Shown here: positions 29,243 to 39,681 of the stretch, piece after piece
Numbering within the stretch: the stretch's first letter is position 1
Layout of the letters: the number at the start of each line of letters is the position of its first letter
Assembly: GCA_902595755.1 (NCBI GenBank)
Contig: CACJRF010000003.1
Span: forward strand, 56,580 to 120,579
Source of the DNA: an uncultured Alphaproteobacteria bacterium
Lineage (GTDB): Bacteria > Pseudomonadota > Alphaproteobacteria > Methylaequorales > Methylaequoraceae
Length of the DNA stretch: 64,000 nt
Direction: 5' to 3'
Notes under the pieces: model-generated
What the model was told of the DNA's origin: nothing
The model's input: the letters and a program-made list of their open reading frames with translations, nothing else
Databases searched by the model: none
Translations under genes and position numbers: made by a program

Positions 29243-29674
29243 TTAATATTCCTTTTCTTTATAAATTTTTTCTGATTTTTCGTGCATTTCTTGAGCTTCT
29301 ACTGAAAGTGTTGCTATCGGCCTAGCAACTAACCTTTTAATTGAAATTGGTTGCATAGTTTCTTCGCAGTAACCGTAAGAACCATCTTCTAGTTTTTTTA
29401 ATGCTTTATTTATTTTACTTAATAATTTTCTTTCTCTATCTCTAGTTCTAAGTTCAAGACTTCTTTCGGATTCAATAGTTGCTCTGTCGGTTGAGTCTGG
29501 CTTGTTAGAAGATTCTTCTTTTAAATGATCAATTGTGCTAGATGAACCTTGTATTATTTCATTTCTCCAGCTTGTGAGAACTTTTTTAAAATATTCTATT
29601 TGCTTAGAACACATGAACTCTTCTTTTTCTGAAGGAGTGTATGACTGTGATATTTGAGGTTTTTTCTGTTTCAT
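29243..29674 (-). CDS. dksA: RNA polymerase-binding protein DksA
   Basis: PDSTDRA, ELRTRDRERKL and YGYCEET...RL.ARPIA. Start moved to the ATG at 29674 to avoid overlap with the divergent gene. Confidence 0.95.
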   Translation of the reverse strand: MKQKKPQISQSYTPSEKEEFMCSKQIEYFKKVLTSWRNEIIQGSSSTIDHLKEESSNKPDSTDRATIESERSLELRTRDRERKLLSKINKALKKLEDGSYGYCEETMQPISIKRLVARPIATLSVEAQEMHEKSEKIYKEKEY

Positions 29675-29719
29675 TGATTTAATAATCGAATTATGCATTA
29701 TATTTATATTCGAAAAAAA

Positions 29720-30238
29720 ATGAATCAAGTTAAATTTAAAAAAAAAAATAAAGCGTGTTTTTTAGATAGAGATGGAGTTCTTAATGAAGATATTGGTTAT
29801 CTTTATAAAAAAGAAGATTTCCAATGGATTGAAGGTGCTATAGAATGTATAAGTCTTTTGAAAAAAATGAAGTACAAAGTTATTGTTATTACAAACCAGT
29901 CTGGAATAAGTAGAGGTTTTTATAGTCATGAGGATGTCGAAAAACTCCATTTATGGATTAATAAGCAACTAAAAAAAACTATTAACACGAGTATTGATCA
30001 ATTTTACTATTCTGACGAAATGCCAAATACTAAAGTTAAATCTAGAAGAAAACCCTCACCAAATATGATTCTTGAAGCTTTTCAAGATCACAATTTGGAT
30101 CCTAAACAATGCTTTTTGATAGGAGATAAAAAAACTGATTTGCAAGCTGCAAAAAATGCTAAGATAAAGGGGTTTTTATTTGAAGGTGGGAATTTATTGG
30201 TTAATATAGAAAAAATTTTAAAAGTTCTTAACTTTTAG
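29720..30238 (+). CDS. gmhB: D-glycero-D-manno-heptose-1,7-bisphosphate phosphatase (HAD IIIA)
   Basis: FLDRDGVLN, TNQSGISRG, RKPSP and IGDK. Start taken at the second ATG. Confidence 0.88.
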   Translation: MNQVKFKKKNKACFLDRDGVLNEDIGYLYKKEDFQWIEGAIECISLLKKMKYKVIVITNQSGISRGFYSHEDVEKLHLWINKQLKKTINTSIDQFYYSDEMPNTKVKSRRKPSPNMILEAFQDHNLDPKQCFLIGDKKTDLQAAKNAKIKGFLFEGGNLLVNIEKILKVLNF

Positions 30239-30263
30239 TTAAGTTAATCACTATATATAAAAT

Positions 30264-31931
30264 ATGCTTGATAAAACAAAAAAAAAAAACTTCTATCCCA
30301 AGGGAAGAAATATAGATGAAAACGCTATAATTGAGGTTAGAAATTTAATTAACAAACTTCCTATCAGAAGAGATCTGCTTATTGAATATCTTCATCTTAT
30401 CCAAGATAAACATAAACAAATAAGAAAGAAATATTTGGGTGCTTTATCGCATATTCTAAAGATTCCATTTGCTGAGGCTTATGAGGTTGCCTCTTTTTAC
30501 GCTCACTTTGATGTAATTGAAGATGATGCTCCCTCTTTGCAAGACATTACAATAAGAGTTTGTGATAGTATTACATGTGAAATGTTTGGGTCAGAAAGAT
30601 TAATAAGCGATCTTTCTAATGGCCTTGACAATTCAAAAGTGAGAGTTTTAAGAGCTCCATGTATGGGGTTGTGCGATAAAGCTCCAGCTTGTGAGGTAGG
30701 TCACCGGCATGTAACAAAGGCGTCATTAGATTCCGTGAAGACTGTTATTGAGTCAAAAGATCTTCATCCTCAGAAAGTACCGGGAAAATCAATAGAGGAA
30801 TATATCAGTGATGGTGGATACGAAATTCTTCAAAAATGTTACAAAGGCGAAATGGATGTTGATAAAGTTATTGAAGAAATTAACTTGTCAGGCCTTAAAG
30901 GAATGGGTGGGGCTGGGTTTCCGTCCGGTCAAAAATGGAAATTTGTTCGTTTGGAAAAGTCACCGAGACTTATGACTATTAATGGTGATGAAGGAGAACC
31001 AGGTACTTTTAAGGATAAATTATATTTAGAAAATAATATTCATCAATTTTTTGAGGGGATGCTAATTGCAGCATGGGCAGTTGATGCTAAGGATATATAC
31101 GTATATATGAGAGATGAATATCCTGAAATCAGAATTAGGATGTTTGAGGAGCTCGAAATAATTAAATCAAAAAAGTTAATTGATTCTGAGACAAATGTTC
31201 ACATAAGAAGAGGTGCAGGTGCATATATATGTGGTGAAGAGTCGGCTATGATTGAATCAATTGAGGGAAAAAGAGGGCTTCCAAGACACAAACCTCCATT
31301 TGTATCGAAAGTTGGACTTTTTGGTAGACCTACCTTGAACCACAATATTGAAACAGTATTTTGGGTTCCAAGAATTCTGTCTAAGGGTCATGAATGGTTC
31401 AATAAACAGGGTAAAGAGGGTCACAAAGGTCCGCATAGTTATTCAGTATCTGGAAGAGTTAAAGAACCTGGAGTTAAACTTGCGCCAGCCGGAATTTCTA
31501 TGAATGAGTTACTTAACGATTATTGTGGAGGCATGCTAGATGGTCATAAATTTCTAGGTTATTTACCTGGAGGAGCGTCTGGAGGAATCTTACCTGCTGA
31601 AATGGCAGATATACCACTTGATTTCGGAACCTTAGATAAATACGGATGTTTCATTGGGTCGGGTGCTGTTGTTGTATTTTCTGACAAAGATGATATAAAA
31701 AAAGTAGCTATTAATCTTTTGAAGTTTTTCAATGATGAAAGCTGTGGACAATGCACTCCATGTAGGGTTGGAACTGAAAAAGCTGTAAAGCTTATGGAAA
31801 AAAACGTGTGGAATAAAGATCTAATGGATGATTTGGTTAAAACTATGAGCGACGCATCAATTTGTGGTCTTGGACAAGCAGCTGGAAACCCTATCTCTTG
31901 TGTTCTTAAGTATTTTAAGGATAAACTATAA
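30264..31931 (+). CDS. NAD-dependent formate dehydrogenase beta subunit (fused NuoE/NuoF-like; 2Fe-2S, FMN, 4Fe-4S)
   Basis: RRDLLIEYLHLIQD, CDSITC...CMGLC, GMGGAGFP, GDEGEPG, YICGEE and SCGQCTPCR. Confidence 0.92.
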   Translation: MLDKTKKKNFYPKGRNIDENAIIEVRNLINKLPIRRDLLIEYLHLIQDKHKQIRKKYLGALSHILKIPFAEAYEVASFYAHFDVIEDDAPSLQDITIRVCDSITCEMFGSERLISDLSNGLDNSKVRVLRAPCMGLCDKAPACEVGHRHVTKASLDSVKTVIESKDLHPQKVPGKSIEEYISDGGYEILQKCYKGEMDVDKVIEEINLSGLKGMGGAGFPSGQKWKFVRLEKSPRLMTINGDEGEPGTFKDKLYLENNIHQFFEGMLIAAWAVDAKDIYVYMRDEYPEIRIRMFEELEIIKSKKLIDSETNVHIRRGAGAYICGEESAMIESIEGKRGLPRHKPPFVSKVGLFGRPTLNHNIETVFWVPRILSKGHEWFNKQGKEGHKGPHSYSVSGRVKEPGVKLAPAGISMNELLNDYCGGMLDGHKFLGYLPGGASGGILPAEMADIPLDFGTLDKYGCFIGSGAVVVFSDKDDIKKVAINLLKFFNDESCGQCTPCRVGTEKAVKLMEKNVWNKDLMDDLVKTMSDASICGLGQAAGNPISCVLKYFKDKL

Positions 31932-31932
31932 T

Positions 31933-34689
31933 ATGGTTGATTTTTTCATTAATGACAAAAAGGTTAAAGCAAACGCTGACGACACAATCTGGACGGTGGC
32001 AAAAAAACAAGGTATAACCCTTCCCCACCTATGTTTTGCAGATAAACCTGGCTACAGGGCTGATGGAAACTGCAGAGCATGTATGGTTTCAATTGAAGGA
32101 GAAAGAGTCCTTGCAGCATCATGTATAAGAAAACCTTCCGAAGGAATGAAGGTTTACACTGATGACGAAAAATCTTCAAAATCCAGACAAATGGTTTTAG
32201 AACTCTTGGTTACTGACCAGCCTGAAAAAAGTGATTGTCACGACCCAGATTCTCACTTTTGGAAAATGGCTGAAAAAGTAGATGTATCAGATAGTAGGTT
32301 TGATAAACGCCAAACAAATGAAGTTCCTCTAGCAGATAACTCGCATGTAGCTATGGCAGTGAATCTTGATGCCTGTATTCATTGTAACCTATGTGTTAGA
32401 GCTTGCAGAGAAGTTCAATCAAATGATGTTATTGGAATGAGCAATAGAGGGCACTCATCACAGGTAATTTTTGATTTTAACGATCCAATGGGTGACTCAA
32501 CTTGTGTCAGTTGTGGTGAATGTGTTCAAGCTTGTCCAACTGGAGCACTTATGGAATCAAGTCTACTTGATGAATATGGAAAAAAAGTAGTTAAACCAGA
32601 AAGAAAAGTAGATTCATTATGTCCATATTGTGGAGTTGGCTGTCAATTAACTTACAATATTAAAGATGAAAAGATCGTATCAGTTGACGGACGTGAAGGA
32701 CCAGCAAATCTCAATAGACTTTGTGTTAAAGGACGTTTTGGATTTGATTATGTACATAACCCACAAAGGCTAACAAAACCTCTTATCAGAAAAGACGAAG
32801 TACCCAAAAATCCAAAAGAAAGAGTTAACCCTGATGACCCATTAACTCATTTCAGAGAGGCTACATGGGAAGAGGCATTAGACCTAGCAGCAAAAAAACT
32901 TGCTAAAATTAGAGATGAAGACGGAAGTAAATCCCTAGCTGGTTTTGGTTGTGCAAAAGGATCAAATGAAGAAGCGTATTTATTTCAGAAGTTAGTTAGG
33001 ACTGGTTTCAAAAATAATAACGTAGATCATTGTACGAGAATGTGTCATGCATCATCAGTTGCCGCGTTGATGGAAACTATTGGTTCCGGTGCAGTAACAG
33101 CACCTGTATCAGAGGTTAAAAATGCTGATGTAGCAATTATAATTGGAGCAAGACCGACACAAAACCACCCTGTTGCCGCAACTTTTATAAAAAATGCGAT
33201 TAAAAATAACAATTTGAAACTTATCATTATGGATCCAAGAGGACAAGACTTATCAAGACTAGCAGAAAAAAGTTTGCAATTCAAACCAGGAACAGATGTA
33301 GCTCTTTTGAATGGTATGATAAACACAATTATAGAGGAGGGTCTGGTAGATAGACAATATATTGAAAAGAATACAGACGGATATTTGGAGCTTGTTAAAC
33401 ACATTAAAGATTTCACTCCTGAGGAAATGAGTAAGATTTGTGAAATCTCTCCCAATGAAATTAGGGAGACTGCAAGACTTTTTGCAAATGCTAAATCAGC
33501 AATGATTTTCTGGGGTATGGGAATCTCCCAACATATACACGGTACAGATAATTCAAGGTGTTTAATTTCATTAGCACTGATAACTGGTAATGTTGGAAGA
33601 TCTGGAACCGGCCTTCATCCCTTAAGAGGTCAAAATAATGTTCAAGGTGCCTCAGATGTTGGTTTAATACCAATGGTTCTGCCAGATTATCTTCCTATTT
33701 CAAACCAAGAGAATGTGAAGTTTTTCAATGATTATTGGAAAACTGAAATTGATCCTACTCCAGGTTTGACAGTTGTTGAAATTATGGAGTCAATTTACAA
33801 TAGACAAATTAAAGGGCTTTATATAATGGGAGAAAATCCAGCAATGTCAGATCCAAACGCAAATCACGCAAGAGAGGCTCTTGCTAGGCTAGATACCTTA
33901 GTTGTTCAAGATATATTCCTAACGGAGACGGCTTATTTAGCAGATATAGTACTTCCAGCTTCTGCTTTTCCTGAGAAAACCGGTACTTTTACTAATACTG
34001 ACAGAAGAGTACAACTAGCAAGAAAGGCAATCAACCCTCCTGGTGAGGCAAAACAAGATTTATGGATAATTCAAGAGCTTGCAAAAAGACTTGGGTTAGA
34101 TTGGAATTATAAAGGACCAGATGAAGTTTATGAAGAATTAAGAAATTGTATGGAATCTATGAAAAATATCTCCTGGGAAAGACTTGTAAATGAAGGTGCA
34201 GTTACATATCCATGCGATGGAGATGATAAACCTGGTAATGAAGTTATATTTGGTGAGGGTTTTCCAACAAGTAATAAAAAAGGTAAATTAGTACCAGCTA
34301 AAATAGTATCACCAGATGAAACTCCAGATCATAACTATCCGTTAGTATTGACAACAGGAAGATTGTTAGAACATTGGCACACAGGGTCAATGACAGCACG
34401 TTCTAATGTATTAAATACAATTGAACCTCAACCCTATGTCCATATATCCAAAAATGAAATGAAAAAGTATGATTTTGATCAAAATGAAACAGTGGAACTT
34501 TCAACTAGAAGAGGAAAAGTTAAAGTTAAGGTTAGATTTGATAAAATGATACCTGACGGAATGGTGTTCCTACCCTTTTGCTTCGAAAACGCACCAGCCA
34601 ATCTACTAACCAATCAGGCATTGGACCCCGATGGTAAAATTCCAGAGTTGAAATACTGTGCTGCAAAGATAGAAAAGCTTACTGCTTAA
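31933..34689 (+). CDS. fdhF: Formate dehydrogenase alpha subunit (Mo/W-bisPGD, Cys ligand)
   Basis: N-terminal Fe-S domains, CPYCGVGC, DHCTRMCHASS and RGQNNVQG. Start placed at the ATG at 31933, just after the beta-subunit stop. Confidence 0.95.
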   Translation: MVDFFINDKKVKANADDTIWTVAKKQGITLPHLCFADKPGYRADGNCRACMVSIEGERVLAASCIRKPSEGMKVYTDDEKSSKSRQMVLELLVTDQPEKSDCHDPDSHFWKMAEKVDVSDSRFDKRQTNEVPLADNSHVAMAVNLDACIHCNLCVRACREVQSNDVIGMSNRGHSSQVIFDFNDPMGDSTCVSCGECVQACPTGALMESSLLDEYGKKVVKPERKVDSLCPYCGVGCQLTYNIKDEKIVSVDGREGPANLNRLCVKGRFGFDYVHNPQRLTKPLIRKDEVPKNPKERVNPDDPLTHFREATWEEALDLAAKKLAKIRDEDGSKSLAGFGCAKGSNEEAYLFQKLVRTGFKNNNVDHCTRMCHASSVAALMETIGSGAVTAPVSEVKNADVAIIIGARPTQNHPVAATFIKNAIKNNNLKLIIMDPRGQDLSRLAEKSLQFKPGTDVALLNGMINTIIEEGLVDRQYIEKNTDGYLELVKHIKDFTPEEMSKICEISPNEIRETARLFANAKSAMIFWGMGISQHIHGTDNSRCLISLALITGNVGRSGTGLHPLRGQNNVQGASDVGLIPMVLPDYLPISNQENVKFFNDYWKTEIDPTPGLTVVEIMESIYNRQIKGLYIMGENPAMSDPNANHAREALARLDTLVVQDIFLTETAYLADIVLPASAFPEKTGTFTNTDRRVQLARKAINPPGEAKQDLWIIQELAKRLGLDWNYKGPDEVYEELRNCMESMKNISWERLVNEGAVTYPCDGDDKPGNEVIFGEGFPTSNKKGKLVPAKIVSPDETPDHNYPLVLTTGRLLEHWHTGSMTARSNVLNTIEPQPYVHISKNEMKKYDFDQNETVELSTRRGKVKVKVRFDKMIPDGMVFLPFCFENAPANLLTNQALDPDGKIPELKYCAAKIEKLTA

Positions 34690-34699
34690 TTAAATCTTT

Positions 34700-36454
34700 T
34701 TAATTTTTCATATGATGTTTTTTGTCAACAGGACCTATAAGCCAGTTTGAAATCCACGCAACTGCTAATAGTCCGGCCATAGCAAACATTGTAGTATTAT
34801 AAAGAGTAGCTGATGGGTTAACAGTACCTTCGGGCATATGTTGCATTAAATTTGAAATTGTAACTGTCTTCTGCTTGACTAAATTTGCTAAATTATCAAC
34901 TGAATCGCCATAGATTTCCATAAATTTTTCTGGACTAATTTTATTAGCCAAGTCAAAAATAGCACTTTCAAGAGAGTTCTGGCGTAACTGAGTGATAGCA
35001 ACTGGCCCAAGAACACCCGCAGTTGCCCATGCCGTAAGTAATCTTCCATGTATTCCACCAACATATCTTGTCCCAAAAATATCTGCTAAATAAGCAGGAA
35101 TAGTAGCAAAACCTCCACCATACATTGTAAATATTATCATTGAAGCACCATAAAACATTAAAAGATAAGTGACAGTAGGGTCAATACTAACAGCTTTAGC
35201 ACTAAAAGGAATTGAAAGGTAAAGTATTATACCTAAAGTGAAGAAAATAAAATATGTTGTTTTTCTTCCAATGTAGTCAGACATTGAAGCCCAAAAAATC
35301 CTTCCAATCATGTTAAAAACGCTAATCATTAAAACGTAAGTACCTGCAAAACTTGCTGTAACAATACTTGGAAGACTAGGAGTAAAGATTTCTATCATCA
35401 TCGTTTTTGCAACACCAATTACTCCAATTCCTGCTGTAACATTAAAACATAGTACGATCCAAAGAAAATAGAATTGAGGTGTTTTTAAAGCTTGATCAAT
35501 GTGCACATGATTTTGTGTTATCATTGACTTTGTTGCATCTTTTGGTGGAGTCCAACCTTCAGGTTTCCAATTTTCTGCAGGTACTCTATAGGAAAATGCA
35601 GCAATCGTCATTACGATAAAATATACAATTCCAAGGAATAAAAAAGTTTCTGAGGCACCACTTGATCCAGTTCCAACTATATAAACTCCAGGGTCACTTG
35701 GTACAATCATCTTAGCAATATCATTAGCAGTTACAACAACAACCTCAGTCAAAGTTCCAGAAATTTCAACAAATCTTCTGCCAGCTTCTGTAATTAATTC
35801 TAAAGAATTAGCTTCACCTAGATATTCAGGTGCCTTGTAAAATTTTTCCAATAACTTATCGATAGAAAGCTTTGCTATCATTGCTCCACCTCCAAATCCC
35901 ATTATGGCCATTCCAGTTGCCATTCCTCTTCTATCGGGAAACCATCTGATAAGTGTGGAGACAGGCGATACATAACCTAAGCCTAAACCAATACCCCCAA
36001 TGACACCATACCCAAGATATAGTAAATATAATCCCAATTGAAGAACTATTGGTTCGCTACTAAACATCGGTAAAGATAGAGATATCTGCACGCCTAATTC
36101 TTGTAAATATATTCCTAGTGCTCCAATTAAGAATCCTCCGCCCCAACAACATGCTGAGACAAAACCTACCATTCTTGGTCCCACTTCCTCTAACCACTTT
36201 CCTGCGTAGGCAGCCGCAAGGCCTAAACAAACAATTGCAACTGAAAAAATCCAAACAACTTGACCAAGTGACCAATCATCACCAGAAGAAGTAACAACAC
36301 CTAAAATTTTAACAAGAGCAGGATTAAACATACTCCAAGCGTAAACAGATCCAATACACAGATGTATAGCTATCGATGCCGGTGGAACTAACCATCTGTT
36401 AAAACCTGGTTTTGCAATAATATTTTTTTTATGCAACGTGTCGTAAAAGCTCAT
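34700..36454 (-). CDS. OFA-family (oxalate/formate antiporter) MFS transporter
   Basis: HLCIGSVYAWS, WFPDRRGMATG, YGGGFATIPAY and IHGRLLTAW. Confidence 0.92.
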   Translation of the reverse strand: MSFYDTLHKKNIIAKPGFNRWLVPPASIAIHLCIGSVYAWSMFNPALVKILGVVTSSGDDWSLGQVVWIFSVAIVCLGLAAAYAGKWLEEVGPRMVGFVSACCWGGGFLIGALGIYLQELGVQISLSLPMFSSEPIVLQLGLYLLYLGYGVIGGIGLGLGYVSPVSTLIRWFPDRRGMATGMAIMGFGGGAMIAKLSIDKLLEKFYKAPEYLGEANSLELITEAGRRFVEISGTLTEVVVVTANDIAKMIVPSDPGVYIVGTGSSGASETFLFLGIVYFIVMTIAAFSYRVPAENWKPEGWTPPKDATKSMITQNHVHIDQALKTPQFYFLWIVLCFNVTAGIGVIGVAKTMMIEIFTPSLPSIVTASFAGTYVLMISVFNMIGRIFWASMSDYIGRKTTYFIFFTLGIILYLSIPFSAKAVSIDPTVTYLLMFYGASMIIFTMYGGGFATIPAYLADIFGTRYVGGIHGRLLTAWATAGVLGPVAITQLRQNSLESAIFDLANKISPEKFMEIYGDSVDNLANLVKQKTVTISNLMQHMPEGTVNPSATLYNTTMFAMAGLLAVAWISNWLIGPVDKKHHMKN

Positions 36455-37056
36455 TCATCTCTCTCTAATACCCTAGATTCAGCTATACTCAAATCTTCTT
36501 CTGTGTTTATGTTAAAGAACGGATCATATCCAAAATTTTTAAACTTTACTACCTTAGTTTTTTTTTTTCTCGTAAATTCATCTATTTTTCTTGTACCATT
36601 TTTTATACAAATCTCTAATTCTTCCTCAAGTTTAAGATCCCATAACGAAAATACTGGATGATTTCTATTTCCACTATTAGCAGAAATTATTTCATATTTA
36701 TCTTTATGAACTAAAAATTTTGAAACCAAATTATTTGGAAAAAAAGGAGAATCGATTGGAAAACTCATTAAATGTGTAAAATTATTATTTTTGTTTTTTA
36801 ACCATTTCATTCCCGTTAGAATCCCTGCCAAAGGTCCTAAGTAACCTCTTATACAATCTTTAACTACATCAATTTTCTTGCCCTTAAAATTATAATTCTC
36901 ATGATTGTTAGAATTAATAAAAATATAATCAAGTTGTTTCATTGATTTTTCTATAACTATCTCAAGTAAAGGTCTATTATTAATTTTCTTAAAAGATTTG
37001 TCAGATTTCATCCTTCTTGATTTACCTCCAGATAATATAATTCCACCTATTTTCAT
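36451..37056 (-). CDS. mobA: Molybdenum cofactor guanylyltransferase
   Basis: ILSGGKSRRM..DK, GPLAGI and FFNINT. Confidence 0.93.
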   Translation of the reverse strand: MKIGGIILSGGKSRRMKSDKSFKKINNRPLLEIVIEKSMKQLDYIFINSNNHENYNFKGKKIDVVKDCIRGYLGPLAGILTGMKWLKNKNNNFTHLMSFPIDSPFFPNNLVSKFLVHKDKYEIISANSGNRNHPVFSLWDLKLEEELEICIKNGTRKIDEFTRKKKTKVVKFKNFGYDPFFNINTEEDLSIAESRVLERDE

Positions 37057-37057
37057 T

Positions 37058-37852
37058 TTATCTGATTCTTTTTTCACCACTTAATACCGTAAACCTTTTT
37101 CCTTTTGCCCTTCCAATTAGAGTAAGGTTAGCTCTTCGTGCTAATTCAACACCAGATGCAGTAAATCCAGATCTTGATATTACAATAGGAATTCTCATGT
37201 TAACTGATTTGATAATCATTTCACTTGTTAATCTTCCGGTTGTGTAAAAAATTTTATCATTTGGTTTAATTTTATTTAAGAACATATATCCAGCAATTTT
37301 ATCAATTGCATTATGACGACCCACATCCTCCATATAGAGTAATGGTGTATTTTTATGGCATAAAACACACCCATGTATAGCCCCAGCTTTCAAATAAAGA
37401 CTTGGTGTATTATTAATTTTTTTTGAAAGATCATAAATCCAATCTTTCTTAATAAATGTTCTTTTACTTAGCTTAATCTTATCGAAATTCTCCATTACAT
37501 CACCAAATAGAGTTCCTTGTGCACACCCAGAAGTAATTGTTTTTTTTCTAAGTTTAATTTCAAAATTTGTCTTTTTCTTAGTTCTAATAACTATTACCCT
37601 CAAGTCAGCCTCATAATCTATGGCCTCTATTTTAGTCTTATTGGAGATCATATTTTGATTTAATAAATAACCTATAGATAAAAATTTAGGGAAGTCATTA
37701 ATTGTCATCATTGTTACAATTTCTTGGTTATTTAAATATAAAGTAAGAGGTTTCTCTTCAATAACATTAATTAATGTTTTTTTTAGATTTTCATCATATC
37801 CAAAAATCCTTTTTGTAAGATTTGTGTCATTAATTTTTGGTTTTATTATCAT
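37058..37852 (-). CDS. fdhD: Formate dehydrogenase accessory sulfurtransferase
   Basis: TSGCAQG, EDVGRHNAIDK and TTGRLTSEM. Confidence 0.95.
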   Translation of the reverse strand: MIIKPKINDTNLTKRIFGYDENLKKTLINVIEEKPLTLYLNNQEIVTMMTINDFPKFLSIGYLLNQNMISNKTKIEAIDYEADLRVIVIRTKKKTNFEIKLRKKTITSGCAQGTLFGDVMENFDKIKLSKRTFIKKDWIYDLSKKINNTPSLYLKAGAIHGCVLCHKNTPLLYMEDVGRHNAIDKIAGYMFLNKIKPNDKIFYTTGRLTSEMIIKSVNMRIPIVISRSGFTASGVELARRANLTLIGRAKGKRFTVLSGEKRIR

Positions 37853-37926
37853 TTTTTTGTATTTTAACTTATTATGGAATAAATATATTAATTAATCAGT
37901 AATATTAATAGTGATTTTATAAAGTT

Positions 37927-38910
37927 ATGCTTGATAGTTTTGGTAGAAAAATTAATTATGTAAGAGTTTCTGTAACTGACAGATGTGATCTGAGATGCGA
38001 CTATTGCATGCCTTTAGATAATAAAAACTTTATAAAAAAAAAAGAAATTCTAACGATTCAAAATCTTATAACTATTTCTAAAGGTCTTATTTATCTAGGT
38101 ATAAAAAAGTTTAGAATAACAGGAGGAGAACCATTGATTAGAAAAGGTATAAGAGATTATATTGAGTTTCTTAATACTCAAAAAAATAAAAAAAATTTGG
38201 AAGAAATTTTATTGACAACTAATGGAACTCAACTTTCAAACTATGCTGAATTTCTATTTAAAAATAATGTGAAGAGAATAAATGTGTCATTAGATTCACT
38301 TGACTCAAACAAATTTAGTTTAATTACCAACGGTGGTCTTTTGACAAATGTATTGAAGGGGATAAAAAAAGCAAGTGATTTGGGTATAAAAATAAAAATT
38401 AATACAGTTTTGTTAAAAGATGTTAATGATGACGAAATCATTGATATGGTAAAATGGTGTTCCTCGAATAATTTTAAACTTAGTTTTATAGAAGTTATGC
38501 CTATAGGTGATACTTTGAAAAAAAGAAAAGATCAATATCTCTCAGTTGAGTTTGCAAAAAAAATCATAAATCAAAATTTCGGTCTAATTAAGTCCAATCA
38601 TAAAACATCTGGCCCATCAAAATATTTTGAATGTAAAGATGTTAAATTAATAGTGGGATTTATTTCACCAATTTCAAATCATTTTTGCTCTACTTGCAAT
38701 AGATTGAGAGTTACTTCCAATGGTAAAGTTTTTCCTTGCCTTGGAGATAATGGCTCAAAGGATTTAGTACCCTATTTAAAAGCAGGTCAAGAAATACAAT
38801 TAAGAAAAATTCTATCTAATGTAATTTTTAACAAGCCTGAAAAACATTATTTTGATATTAATAAAAAAAGCTATATCAAAGAAAGATTCATGAATACAAC
38901 TGGAGGGTAA
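37927..38910 (+). CDS. moaA: GTP 3',8-cyclase
   Basis: RVSVTDRCDLRCDYCM, FCSTCNRLR and C-terminal GG. Confidence 0.97.
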   Translation: MLDSFGRKINYVRVSVTDRCDLRCDYCMPLDNKNFIKKKEILTIQNLITISKGLIYLGIKKFRITGGEPLIRKGIRDYIEFLNTQKNKKNLEEILLTTNGTQLSNYAEFLFKNNVKRINVSLDSLDSNKFSLITNGGLLTNVLKGIKKASDLGIKIKINTVLLKDVNDDEIIDMVKWCSSNNFKLSFIEVMPIGDTLKKRKDQYLSVEFAKKIINQNFGLIKSNHKTSGPSKYFECKDVKLIVGFISPISNHFCSTCNRLRVTSNGKVFPCLGDNGSKDLVPYLKAGQEIQLRKILSNVIFNKPEKHYFDINKKSYIKERFMNTTGG

Positions 38911-38911
38911 A

Positions 38912-39673
38912 ATGACCAATATTGCCTTTGTTTCCTCAGAAAAACCAGAAGCTAAAAATTCCTTAAAGGTACTAAAAAGGATTTATACAAATGTTTCTCC
39001 TGATAAAGCTGATGTTATCGTAGCACTTGGTGGTGACGGAACTATATTAAAATCATTACATAGTTTCTTAAAAAGTAAAAAACCAATTTATGGTATGAAC
39101 AGAGGTAATGTTGGTTTTTTGATGAATCAATATTCCGAAAAAAACTTACATAAAAGGTTATCTGAAGCTATATCATATAAACTGCATCCACTTAAAATAA
39201 AAAGTTTTCACGAAGATGGTAGCATTCAAAATTCATTAGCATTTAACGACATATCAATGATTAGAAATAGTTCTAAAATCGCAAAAATTAAAATACAAAT
39301 AAATAATAAAATTAGAATTAAAGAGTTTTTAGGTGATGGATGTTTAATTTCAACACCTGCAGGAAGTTCAGCTTACAATTTATCCTTAAGAGGACCTGTT
39401 ATACCAGTTGGCGCTCAAGTTTTAGCTTTAACTCCAATAAGTCCATATAGACCAAGAAGATGGAGAGGTGCGTTATTAAAAAATGATGTTAAAATAATTC
39501 TTTCAGCAATTGACTCAAAAAGAAGACCAGTTAGAGCAGAAGCGGATTTCATGCAACTAAAAGATATAATAAAACTTGAAATCACACTTGAAAAAAAATT
39601 ATTTATGAATCTTCTATTTGACCCTGGACACAATCTTGAAGAAAGAATTATTACTGAACAATTTGATAATTAA
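38912..39673 (+). CDS. nadK: NAD kinase
   Basis: LGGDGT and GDG..ISTPAGSSAYNLS. Confidence 0.95.
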   Translation: MTNIAFVSSEKPEAKNSLKVLKRIYTNVSPDKADVIVALGGDGTILKSLHSFLKSKKPIYGMNRGNVGFLMNQYSEKNLHKRLSEAISYKLHPLKIKSFHEDGSIQNSLAFNDISMIRNSSKIAKIKIQINNKIRIKEFLGDGCLISTPAGSSAYNLSLRGPVIPVGAQVLALTPISPYRPRRWRGALLKNDVKIILSAIDSKRRPVRAEADFMQLKDIIKLEITLEKKLFMNLLFDPGHNLEERIITEQFDN

Positions 39674-39681
39674 AATTTGAT

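Noticed and set aside
29243..29674. DksA lacking the four-Cys zinc finger
   Set aside because: Normal for alphaproteobacterial DksA.
33020..33060. Selenocysteine recoding in the FDH alpha subunit
   Set aside because: The active-site codon is TGT (Cys) and the frame has no internal TGA.
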